This document shows positions 40,510 to 48,779 of a stretch of DNA of 64,000 bases, piece by piece. The notes beneath the pieces were generated by a model, which made no database searches, was not told the DNA's origin, and saw only the letters and a program-made list of their open reading frames with translations. The position numbers and the translations under genes were made by a program. Where the stretch lies: assembly GCA_016786615.1 (NCBI GenBank), contig JAEUVX010000014.1:167334-231333 (forward strand), in the 5' to 3' direction. Each line of letters opens with the position of its first letter. The stretch's first letter is position 1. Origin of the DNA: Flavipsychrobacter sp. (GTDB lineage Bacteria > Bacteroidota > Bacteroidia > Chitinophagales > Chitinophagaceae).

Positions 40510-40536
40510 GAAGCGCTGCCATTGCAGCGCTTCTTT
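40510..40536 (+). terminator. Intrinsic terminator
   Basis: GAAGCGCTGC-CATT-GCAGCGCTTC-TTT. Confidence 0.8.
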
Positions 40537-40611
40537 AATATGTTCTATTCAGATTTTCGTCACCTTGGAACATATACCTTAATTTTGCAGCCTTAATAAT
40601 ATATCGGTTTC

Positions 40612-42300
40612 TTGAACAGTAACAATCAAAATAAGATTTCATGGTTCCCGGATAGTGTAGTAAAGAATATTGCTCTGCCCGAAAGGTTCACTTTCCCGTT
40701 TTATTATGAACCGCACCCTTTAACAAAATTAGCCGCAGCAGAGCTGCAACATTATCTCGAAACACAAACAGATCTCCGCCACAATTTCGGTCTCTCCGCA
40801 GATATGGAAGAGTTGGTTATCGGGAAGATGTTTGGCGTTTTGGTTGTTGCAGACTCAGAAGGGAAAATTGGTTATCTGTCCGGCTTTTCAGGCAAACTTG
40901 CAGGTACAAACGATCACTCAAGATTTGTACCACCAGTCTTCGATATGTTGACAGAAAACAGTTTTTTTCTGAAAGAACAGGAAGTCATCAGTGCTGTTAA
41001 CAGCCGGATTGAAGAAGTGTTATCTGATGAAAACTACAATCGTCTGAAAGATGATTCAGAACGATTGACCTTGCAATCTGCGCAGGAAATAGCAGTGCTC
41101 AAAACACAATTAAAGAACAACAAAGAGATACGAAAGAGGCTTCGTCAAGAACAGAAAAGCAACTTGGGTGCAGATGAGTATGCTTTGTATGAAGCAGACC
41201 TGGTAAAACAAAGCCTCTACGATAAGCATTTGCTTAAAGTGCTTACTGATAATTGGAATGTTGTGTTAGCAGATATTCAGACAAGACTGGCTCCGCTTTA
41301 CGCCCGCATTGAAGCACTGAAGGATGAGCGTAAAGAAAGGTCTGCCGCGTTACAAAATCAGCTGTTCGAACAATACACATTTCTGAACAAGGAAGGCAGG
41401 CGTATGAGTTTGCAGGATATTTTTAAACCAACTGCTTTTGGCAAACCACCGGCAGGAGCCGGCGAATGTGCAACACCTAAATTATTGCAATTCGCATTTG
41501 CTAACGGGTACAAGCCACTTGCTATGGCAGAGTTTTGGTGGGGGGCTTCGCCAAAGTCAGAAGTGAGGAAGCACAAACAATTTTATCCTGCATGTACCGG
41601 CAAATGTAAGCCTATCCTTGCGCACATGCTGGAAGGGATACCGATGGATGATAACCCGTTATTGCTGCCGTCAAAAGAAAGTATCTGCATAGATGTAGTG
41701 TATGAAGATGAATATATATTGGTAGTAAATAAGCCCTCAGGCTTACGTTCTGTTCCGGGTGTTAACGTTGAAGATTCTGTTTACAGCAGGCTGAAATCAA
41801 CATTGATAAATACCGAACCGCATATTGTTCACAGGCTCGATATGGATACTTCGGGCTTATTGGTAGTAGCCAAAACGCGTGAAGCGCATAAACATATTCA
41901 ACGGCAATTTCTGAACCGTACGGTAAGTAAGCGGTATACCGCACTGTTGTCAAAGGTTATTGATGAAGGTGAAGGAGAAATAATACTGCCTTTATGTGCC
42001 GATTTGTACAACAGGCCATTGCAATTAGTTTGCTTTGAAACAGGAAAGAAAAGTATTACCAGATGGAAAGTAATTGAGCATATTGGTGATACGACAAAAA
42101 TCCATTTCTGGCCACTTACGGGGCGCACGCATCAGTTGCGTGTACATGCCGCTCATACCGATGGCCTTAATGCGCCCATTGTCGGCGACGACCTCTATGG
42201 CACGTCCGCAGAAAGATTATACCTGCATGCCGCTCATATCACGTTTGTGCATCCTGAAACAAAAAAGCGAATGGAATTTGAACTTGCCGAAGCGTTTTAA
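40612..42300 (+). CDS. RluA family pseudouridine synthase with long N-terminal extension
   Basis: C-terminal VNKPSGL, HRLDMDTSG, GRTHQLRVH and GDDLYG motifs; N-terminal GKMFGVL, coiled coil and Cys motifs. TTG start. Confidence 0.88.
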   Translation: MNSNNQNKISWFPDSVVKNIALPERFTFPFYYEPHPLTKLAAAELQHYLETQTDLRHNFGLSADMEELVIGKMFGVLVVADSEGKIGYLSGFSGKLAGTNDHSRFVPPVFDMLTENSFFLKEQEVISAVNSRIEEVLSDENYNRLKDDSERLTLQSAQEIAVLKTQLKNNKEIRKRLRQEQKSNLGADEYALYEADLVKQSLYDKHLLKVLTDNWNVVLADIQTRLAPLYARIEALKDERKERSAALQNQLFEQYTFLNKEGRRMSLQDIFKPTAFGKPPAGAGECATPKLLQFAFANGYKPLAMAEFWWGASPKSEVRKHKQFYPACTGKCKPILAHMLEGIPMDDNPLLLPSKESICIDVVYEDEYILVVNKPSGLRSVPGVNVEDSVYSRLKSTLINTEPHIVHRLDMDTSGLLVVAKTREAHKHIQRQFLNRTVSKRYTALLSKVIDEGEGEIILPLCADLYNRPLQLVCFETGKKSITRWKVIEHIGDTTKIHFWPLTGRTHQLRVHAAHTDGLNAPIVGDDLYGTSAERLYLHAAHITFVHPETKKRMEFELAEAF

Positions 42301-42375
42301 TGATGCTCGGTAGCATCTCTATAGTTAACGGGTAGGCAGGTAAAAAGAGATTGAACATTTAATCTGCACAATCCC

Positions 42376-42406
42376 ACCATTGTTGGTGTTCTTCGCCAAC
42401 AATGGT
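42376..42406. repeat. REP-like palindrome between convergent genes
   Basis: ACCATTGTTGG-TGTTCTTCG-CCAACAATGGT, a perfect 11-bp stem with no adjacent T-tract. Confidence 0.5.
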
Positions 42407-42430
42407 CTAAGCTGCAACTGCTGTGCTTCT

Positions 42431-42847
42431 TTATTTGTTAGCTTTCTTCAGTGCTGCCATCATTTGTTTTGTGATGCCGGCCTTGTCTTTCTTCAATACT
42501 TTTCCATAAGCAACTGCCGATTTCGATACGGGCAGGTATTCATCTGCCCATAGTATAAGTTCTATTAATACCGGTAACAGGTCTATGCCTTTTTCAGTAA
42601 GTTTATAATATATCTTGGCTTTGCTTTCGGGGTGCTCTTCTTTTGTAATGATGCCTGTAGCTTCAAGCATTGTTAATCTGTCTGCCAATACATTTGTAGC
42701 AATTTTTTCAACAGATTTCAGAAACTCGTTATAGGTATTCTTTCCGTTCATCATTATATCACGCACTATCAGCAGAGACCACTTATCGCCAATGATATCC
42801 AATGCGCTGCTGATGGGGCAGTCTGAACGTTGTTTCAATTGTTTCAC
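42431..42847 (-). CDS. HxlR family winged-helix regulator
   Basis: CPISSALDIIGDKWSLLI and YKLTEKG motifs. GTG start. Confidence 0.92.
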   Translation of the reverse strand: MKQLKQRSDCPISSALDIIGDKWSLLIVRDIMMNGKNTYNEFLKSVEKIATNVLADRLTMLEATGIITKEEHPESKAKIYYKLTEKGIDLLPVLIELILWADEYLPVSKSAVAYGKVLKKDKAGITKQMMAALKKANK

Positions 42848-42861
42848 ATCACAATAATATA

Positions 42862-42890
42862 AAATTAACTTGCTTTTTGCAAGTTAATTT
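42862..42890. promoter_or_regulatory. Candidate HxlR operator
   Basis: AAATTAACTTGC-TTTTT-GCAAGTTAATTT, a perfect 12-bp inverted repeat between divergent hxlR and VOC genes. Confidence 0.7.
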
Positions 42891-42918
42891 GCTTAAATTT
42901 GTTTCAAATAATATATAC

Positions 42919-43269
42919 ATGCTTACAGATATTCACCCTAAGCTACCAATGAGGGATAAGGCAAAGACGCGAAGTTTTTATATCAATCAATTAGGCTTCA
43001 AAGAATTCGGCAGTGCAGATTTTGACGGCTACCTGATGGTTGAAAAAGATAGTATTCAAATACACTTCTTCGAGTTTAAAGATTTGAACCCTAAAGAAAA
43101 CTACGGGCAGGTTTACATCCGCACAAACGATATTGATGCGTTGTATAAAGAGGTAAAAGAAAAAGATGTGGAGTGCAGCCTGCTTGAACATAAGCCATGG
43201 ATGCAGCGGGAGTTTTCATTGCTTGATCCTGATAGCAACCTGCTTACTTTCGGGCAAAATGTAATTTAG
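42919..43269 (+). CDS. VOC/glyoxalase/bleomycin-resistance family protein
   Basis: FYINQLGF, IHFF, KPWMQREFSLLDPDSNLLTFG motifs. ATG 42919. Confidence 0.88.
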   Translation: MLTDIHPKLPMRDKAKTRSFYINQLGFKEFGSADFDGYLMVEKDSIQIHFFEFKDLNPKENYGQVYIRTNDIDALYKEVKEKDVECSLLEHKPWMQREFSLLDPDSNLLTFGQNVI

Positions 43270-43278
43270 ATACAATGA

Positions 43279-43304
43279 AAAAGCCACTCAATTGAGTGGC
43301 TTTT
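43279..43304. terminator. Bidirectional terminator (VOC / tRNA operon)
   Basis: AAAAGCCACTCA-AT-TGAGTGGCTTTT. Confidence 0.85.
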
Positions 43305-43315
43305 CTTTCTTTAAG

Positions 43316-43389
43316 TCGGGAAGACAGGATTCGAACCTGCGACCCCCTGGTCCCAAACCAGATGCGCTACCGGCCTGCGCTACTTCCCG
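43316..43389 (-). tRNA. tRNA-Pro(TGG)
   Basis: CGGGAAG/CTTCCCG acceptor stem, anticodon arm TCTGG-TT TGG GA-CCAGG, GGTTCGAATCC T-loop; CCA not encoded. Confidence 0.95.
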
Positions 43390-43425
43390 AACTTCCGGAA
43401 TCAATCTTCGCTGAAGAAACTCCAG

Positions 43426-43514
43426 CGGTGAGGGAGGGATTCGAACCCTCGGTACGGTTTGACCCGTACGACAGTTTAGCAAACTGTTGGTTTCGGCCTC
43501 TCACCCACCTCACC
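43426..43514 (-). tRNA. tRNA-Ser(GCT)
   Basis: GGTGAGG/CCTCACC acceptor stem, anticodon arm ACAGT-TT GCT AA-ACTGT, long variable arm, discriminator G. Confidence 0.95.
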
Positions 43515-43647
43515 ATTACCGTAAGCTAAGCCTACTAAGTACGTTAGCCGATTGATAACCCCTTTTTGGGGACTGCAAAGATAACGGTATTAACGAAATA
43601 ACAAAAGATTTTTTCGAACAAAATCATATACCATTTAATGCAATGGG

Positions 43648-44754
43648 TTAGCGCCTGTTGAATACATATTGCAGCTGCACGAGGAAGTAATTTCGTTTAA
43701 TGTATTCCTTACCATCATTGCTTTTATGCAGCAGGCTCTGACGGTAGGTAACACCCATACCAATGTTTTTTGTTACCATATAATTCATACTCAGTGTACC
43801 GCCAAAGTCTGTTTCAGGTACTTTTTTACCTGCATCTGCAAGGTGGTGGTTGATTTCATTGATGGTTTTTTTATCTGCTACTACACGTTGTACATCCACG
43901 CCTGCAACGGCATACAGTTTTCGGAATACCTGTACAGATACTCCCGGGTTTACTTGTATATATGGCAGGTTTCTGCTTTGCTGTTCGTAACGTTCTGTAA
44001 TTGTTTTTTCAATATGTGTTGTGTATGATGTATCAGTTGGTGTTATAACTTCTGTCTCTGTTACGGTAATATGCTTGATGGATATGTCCTGTTTGCCATG
44101 TACATACCCAAGCCCTGTTTGTATAGATAGTTTACCGTTCAGCCTGTTTTGCATGGTAATGCCCGCTGCAAAACTGTTTCTGTTTCTGTAAACAGCCATG
44201 CCGGTATGCAGCCCGAAGCTTGTAGTTTTTAGCTTGCGCTCTTCATATATATCGTATTGTGGTATAATGGTGTTTCGGCTCTTTTTATCAATCGGTTGTT
44301 GAAAGTTGAATACTGTTTTTTCTTCTGCTGGTGCAATGATGTCTGAGCTCGGGTTTACTATAACATGGTTTCTGTTTGCCGGTTGGGTACTTTGTGCAGT
44401 CATTTCCTGTTTAGCTACCGGAGTGTGGGGGAGCGTTGGTGTATATGAAGGCATTTCAGTTTTTGTTGGTGTTGTGGTGCGTTCAATGATTTGTTGAATA
44501 GTATGATTATTGTTTTTTACTGTAACTATTTCTTCCTGTTGCGGATATAAATACCATGCAGTAGCGATAGCTACAATAACTGCCGCTGCTGCCGCATAGG
44601 GCTTTGCCAGAAAAGGGATGGCAATCAACAACCTGCGGTTATTGCTTTTCCCATCCAGCATTTGCTGCATGTGCCCCCAATTATCCTCGTTGAAGGGGAT
44701 AGTTTCTTCCGAAACTATATCGGATAATTTTTTATCAAATTCACTGTTCGTCAT
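43648..44754 (-). CDS. Putative dual-membrane-spanning anti-sigma factor (N-terminal anti-sigma, TM, disordered linker, C-terminal OM beta-barrel)
   Basis: ATG 44754 lies 1 nt after the ECF sigma stop; one TM; P/T/Q-rich linker; amphipathic beta-strands ending in YFLVQLQYVF. Confidence 0.65.
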   Translation of the reverse strand: MTNSEFDKKLSDIVSEETIPFNEDNWGHMQQMLDGKSNNRRLLIAIPFLAKPYAAAAAVIVAIATAWYLYPQQEEIVTVKNNNHTIQQIIERTTTPTKTEMPSYTPTLPHTPVAKQEMTAQSTQPANRNHVIVNPSSDIIAPAEEKTVFNFQQPIDKKSRNTIIPQYDIYEERKLKTTSFGLHTGMAVYRNRNSFAAGITMQNRLNGKLSIQTGLGYVHGKQDISIKHITVTETEVITPTDTSYTTHIEKTITERYEQQSRNLPYIQVNPGVSVQVFRKLYAVAGVDVQRVVADKKTINEINHHLADAGKKVPETDFGGTLSMNYMVTKNIGMGVTYRQSLLHKSNDGKEYIKRNYFLVQLQYVFNRR

Positions 44755-44755
44755 A

Positions 44756-45322
44756 TCACTTAGTTTTAAGTTGATATTCACTTATTTTTTGTTTCAGCAA
44801 TTCTCTTGCCTGGCTCATATACCAGTAAGATGTTCCTTCTTTTATACCAAGCCCTTCCGCGATTTCCTTATGGCTGTATCCTTCAAAAATATACAGGTTG
44901 AAAACTGTTCTGTGGGTTTCGGGTATTTGTTGCAGAACCATAATTATTTCTTTAAAACCCATATTCTGCATGGCATCATTGCTGATGTGTGCAGATGTCA
45001 TAGCGCTGCTGTTGTCAGCTATTTCGGTGAATACAAGTGCGCTGTGTTTTTTATTTGCCCTCAGGTTGTCGAGGCAGGTATTAACCACAATTCTTTTCAT
45101 CCATCCTTCAAAAGAGCCCTTGCCATCGTACATGTTTATCTTGGTAAATACTTTAAAGAAACCATCATTCAGCCACTGTTCCGCATCGTGCATGGTATTT
45201 GCATAGCGCAGGCAAATCTTCAAAAAGTCGCTGTAGTATTTTTTATACAAATACCCCTGCACTTTTCGTTGTTGCTGTTTGCAGCCTTCAATTATTTCTA
45301 TGTCAGTAAATGTTTCTGCCAC
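44756..45322 (-). CDS. ECF RNA polymerase sigma factor
   Basis: DAEQWLNDGF, GSFEGWMKRI, FNLYIFEGYSHKEIA and GTS motifs. Confidence 0.93.
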   Translation of the reverse strand: MAETFTDIEIIEGCKQQQRKVQGYLYKKYYSDFLKICLRYANTMHDAEQWLNDGFFKVFTKINMYDGKGSFEGWMKRIVVNTCLDNLRANKKHSALVFTEIADNSSAMTSAHISNDAMQNMGFKEIIMVLQQIPETHRTVFNLYIFEGYSHKEIAEGLGIKEGTSYWYMSQARELLKQKISEYQLKTK

Positions 45323-45417
45323 GCGTTGCTATGCCAATAATAACTCCTGTACCTATAAATATTGCAGCAGCATTGTTTTTTTGACAATGCTGCTACAATT
45401 AGTTTTCGCCTGTTTTT

Positions 45418-45978
45418 TTACGGCAATACTACTGCATCTTTGCCGGATGTCTTTGTAATGTGGCAGCAATCTGTACTGATGTCGTACACTTCGTTTACCA
45501 CTTTGTTGCCGTTTTTGTAACCTACAAAACGTACTTGTGTTGTGGTGTTTTCATGTCCGTTCACCCATGCATCGTTGAATACCACATAAGCATCGCGTAT
45601 AGCATCGTACTCATACAGGTGAGCCGGCAGTTTATTGCCTGCCATATCTTCTGTATGGAAAGAGGTAAGTACAACGGTGTTGCCCGATGCGTCTTTTACC
45701 TGCAGGTCTATCATCCTGAATTCCTGTGTGCAGTATATGCCTTCACATTCAGGGTTACGCGGGTTTTCATCTCCCCCTCTGTCAGATGTGTCCACGGGAG
45801 GTTTGCCGTTGTCGTTTGTGCCTTTATTGTTGTCACTATTGCCCGAATTCCCGTTGCTGCCATCTTTCTTGGCCGATGTTTCAGGTGTGTTTTTTGTGGT
45901 GTCAACAATTGGTGCCTTTGTACAGCTGGCAATAGTAAGCAGTAGTGCCGAGCAGATAATCATTAGCTTCTTCGTCAT
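45418..45978 (-). CDS. Lipoprotein of unknown function (G/N/D-rich linker, Cys-containing domain)
   Basis: Lipobox IASC; CEGIYCTQEF and DCCH motifs. Confidence 0.7.
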   Translation of the reverse strand: MTKKLMIICSALLLTIASCTKAPIVDTTKNTPETSAKKDGSNGNSGNSDNNKGTNDNGKPPVDTSDRGGDENPRNPECEGIYCTQEFRMIDLQVKDASGNTVVLTSFHTEDMAGNKLPAHLYEYDAIRDAYVVFNDAWVNGHENTTTQVRFVGYKNGNKVVNEVYDISTDCCHITKTSGKDAVVLP

Positions 45979-46079
45979 AATCAGTTTTTTTAGGTTTTAA
46001 TAATTTGGTTCTGATTAAATAGACGCAGTGCTGTTCCGTTACCTTGGTGCAAGTCGGAAATATTTTCCCTAAATGACAA

Positions 46080-46103
46080 AAGACCGACAAAAGCCGGTCT
46101 TTT
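46080..46103. terminator. Probable terminator after dnaA
   Basis: AAGACCG-ACAAAAGC-CGGTCTT flanked by A/T runs. Confidence 0.55.
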
Positions 46104-46125
46104 AATAATAATCAGTTAGTTTTTA

Positions 46126-47604
46126 TCAGATGCTGGCAAGCTGCACTTTTTGCTGCAGCTCCAGCAGGTGTTCTTTGTATTCGGTATCTGTATCCATCAG
46201 GTTTTCAACCGTTTGGCAAGAGTGTATCACCGTTGTGTGGTCGAAGCCACCAAAGTGTTCGCCTATGTTTTTCAGAGAGCTCTTCGTGAATTTCTTGGCA
46301 AGGTACATCGTTATCTGGCGTGCCTGTACTACTTCGCGTTTGCGGGTTTTAGCCAGCAACCTGTCGTATGGCAGGTGGAAGTAATCGCATACCATTTTCT
46401 GTATGTTCTCAATCGTCAGCTCGCGTGCAGAAGTCTTAACGAAGTTCTTCATGACACGTTTCGCCAGGTCGATGTCGATTTCTTTTTTATTCAGTGTAGC
46501 CTGTGCAAACAATGCTATCAATGCGCCTTCCAGTTCGCGTACATTACTTTGTACGTTGTAGGCTACATATTTTACCACTTCTTCAGGTATTTCCAAGCCT
46601 TCCTGCCTCATTTTCACCTGCAGTATATGCTGGCGTGTTTCAAAGTCAGGTGCTTGTATATCAGCATTCAGCCCCCATCGGAAACGGCTCAGCAGGCGTT
46701 CCTGCATACCTTCCAGGTCTTTTGGTGGCGTATCGCTTGTTAAAACGATTTGCTTGCCGCTCTGGTGCAGGTGGTTGAAGATGGCAAAGAATACATCCTG
46801 TGTTTTAGCCGCAGGAACAAACAAATGGATATCGTCCACTATCAATACATCTATCAGTTGATAGAAGTGGATGAAATCATTTACTTCATTATTCTTTGAG
46901 TGTTCTATGAATTGGTTGATGAACTTTTCCGCACTTACATACAGTACTGCTTTGTTTGGGTGCAGCCTGCGTACTTCGTTGCCTATAGCTTGTATCAGGT
47001 GGGTTTTGCCCCAGCCTACACCACCGAATATTACCAGCGGGTTGAAGGCAGTTGCGCCTGGTTTCTGTGCTACGTGAAAACCCGCAGAGCGTGCCACACG
47101 GTTGCAGTCGCCTTCTACATAGTTTTCAAACGTATAGTTGGCATTCAGCTGCGGGTCTATCTGCATGCGCTTCAGTCCCGGTATTGCGTATGGTGTTTTT
47201 ATATTATGAGGGTCATCCCATTTCAATGGCATGTCCACATAGTTATTCTCTTTAGATGGTTTGTTGTAAGTACTGCCCGGCATGTTGATGGATGCAGGGT
47301 TGCGCTGCGATGTACTGCTCTCCATCAGGATGCGGTACTCCAGCCTGCCATCTTTGCCCAATACACGCTTAATTGTTTTGCCGAGTAATTCAACAAAGTG
47401 TTCTTCAAGCCACTCGTAGAAGAATTGACTTGGTACTTGAAGTGTGAGAATGTTGTTTTCTAAAGCAACAGCCTTGATAGGTTCGAACCAGGTTTGGTAT
47501 GTACGCCAGTTAACATTATCCTTTATAATGTTCAGACACTTATCCCAAGCTGCTTCTGCTTCGTTCAGAATTTTATTAGAAGTATCGTAAAGGTTGTTAT
47601 CCAT
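46126..47604 (-). CDS. dnaA: Chromosomal replication initiator DnaA
   Basis: TWFEPI, YTFENYVEGDCN, NPLVIFGGVGWGKTHL, RLLSRF, RELEGAL and DHTTVIHS motifs. Confidence 0.96.
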   Translation of the reverse strand: MDNNLYDTSNKILNEAEAAWDKCLNIIKDNVNWRTYQTWFEPIKAVALENNILTLQVPSQFFYEWLEEHFVELLGKTIKRVLGKDGRLEYRILMESSTSQRNPASINMPGSTYNKPSKENNYVDMPLKWDDPHNIKTPYAIPGLKRMQIDPQLNANYTFENYVEGDCNRVARSAGFHVAQKPGATAFNPLVIFGGVGWGKTHLIQAIGNEVRRLHPNKAVLYVSAEKFINQFIEHSKNNEVNDFIHFYQLIDVLIVDDIHLFVPAAKTQDVFFAIFNHLHQSGKQIVLTSDTPPKDLEGMQERLLSRFRWGLNADIQAPDFETRQHILQVKMRQEGLEIPEEVVKYVAYNVQSNVRELEGALIALFAQATLNKKEIDIDLAKRVMKNFVKTSARELTIENIQKMVCDYFHLPYDRLLAKTRKREVVQARQITMYLAKKFTKSSLKNIGEHFGGFDHTTVIHSCQTVENLMDTDTEYKEHLLELQQKVQLASI

Positions 47605-47846
47605 ATTTGGCTACTCGTTCATCAAGTTAATACCATTTTTTCATACTTGGTAATTGTTATGCGACGAATTTATTGCCCGCTAAAATAATTTCTTGTTTTA
47701 ACGGGTTCATTCACCACTCACCTTACCTTCAAATTAAAGTTTCAGACGCCTCAAAAATCTGCAGCACTTTTGTTTGATTTTGCCCCTCACCATATTCTTT
47801 TGGCGGGAGGACGAAGTTGCTAACAATTTGTTGAAAAAAAAAATGA

Positions 47847-48779
47847 TTAGCCACTTGTTTCTTTGTTAATGTTTACAGATTGGGAGTTTTGCAATCGCGC
47901 ATCCTGTTGCCTGCCAAATACATAATCGAGCCTGCCGAGGCGCACACCTCCCCAACCTACCTGGTTAATAACAGTTTCTTTGCCGGATGCATTCCTCGCA
48001 ATCGCAGGCTGGTCAAGGAATGTATGGGTATGTCCCCCGATTATCAAATCGATGTATTCGGTTTCTTTTGCTATAGTTTTATCACTTATTTTATTCGTTT
48101 CATATTCATACCCGAGGTGCGAGAGGCAAATAACCATATCGCATTTTTCACCCTTTTTTAATCTGTCAGAAACTGTCTTTGCAACCTGTATCGGGTCATT
48201 GTATTTTGTATTGCCATAAGCAGCTCCGGATACCAGTCCTTCCAGTTCTATCCCCAGTCCGAAAATGCCCAGTTTTATACCCCCTTTTTTGATGATAGTA
48301 TAAGGGGCGATTTTATTTTCAAGCGGGGTATCGGTAAAGTCATAATTAGCTACCAGTGCCGGAAACTTTGCGTAGGGCAATAATCGGGCGAATCCCTCTA
48401 TTCCGGCGTCAAAATCATGATTACCCATCGTACAGGCATCATAGCCCATCATACTCATGGCTTTTATCTCTGGTTCGCCTTTGTACATGTTAAAATAGGG
48501 TGTCCCCTGCAGCATATCACCCGCATCCAGCAGCAATATATTGTCGCATTCGCCCCTTATTTGCGATATCAACGCACCGCGCGCAGCTACACCACCCAAC
48601 CCCGCAAGCCTGCCGCCATCCATCGGGAAGGGGTCCAGCCTGCTGTGTACATCATTGGTATGCAGTATTGTCAGCTTCTTTTCTTTCTCACCCGCAAGGC
48701 TTTCATACGGGAAAGCCCCCGTAGCAATAAGCCCTGCACCTAAAGATGTTTTCTTTAAAAAGCTCCTTCTATTCAGCAT
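47847..48779 (-). CDS. 5'-nucleotidase, metallophosphatase (N-terminal) half with Tat signal
   Basis: RRSFLK twin-arginine motif; HTNDVHS, DAGD, GNHDFD, SHLG and GGHTH motifs. Confidence 0.9.
   Translation of the reverse strand: MLNRRSFLKKTSLGAGLIATGAFPYESLAGEKEKKLTILHTNDVHSRLDPFPMDGGRLAGLGGVAARGALISQIRGECDNILLLDAGDMLQGTPYFNMYKGEPEIKAMSMMGYDACTMGNHDFDAGIEGFARLLPYAKFPALVANYDFTDTPLENKIAPYTIIKKGGIKLGIFGLGIELEGLVSGAAYGNTKYNDPIQVAKTVSDRLKKGEKCDMVICLSHLGYEYETNKISDKTIAKETEYIDLIIGGHTHTFLDQPAIARNASGKETVINQVGWGGVRLGRLDYVFGRQQDARLQNSQSVNINKETSG

Noticed and set aside
38389-43316. Possible genomic island at the tRNA-Pro 3' end
   Set aside because: No integrase, no duplicated tRNA 3' end and no obvious compositional break.
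43288-43529. Short ORFs over the tRNA genes
   Set aside because: Artefacts of the tRNA-Pro and tRNA-Ser sequences.
47605-47846. Possible oriC next to dnaA
   Set aside because: No DnaA boxes or clear unwinding repeats seen; GC skew not computed.
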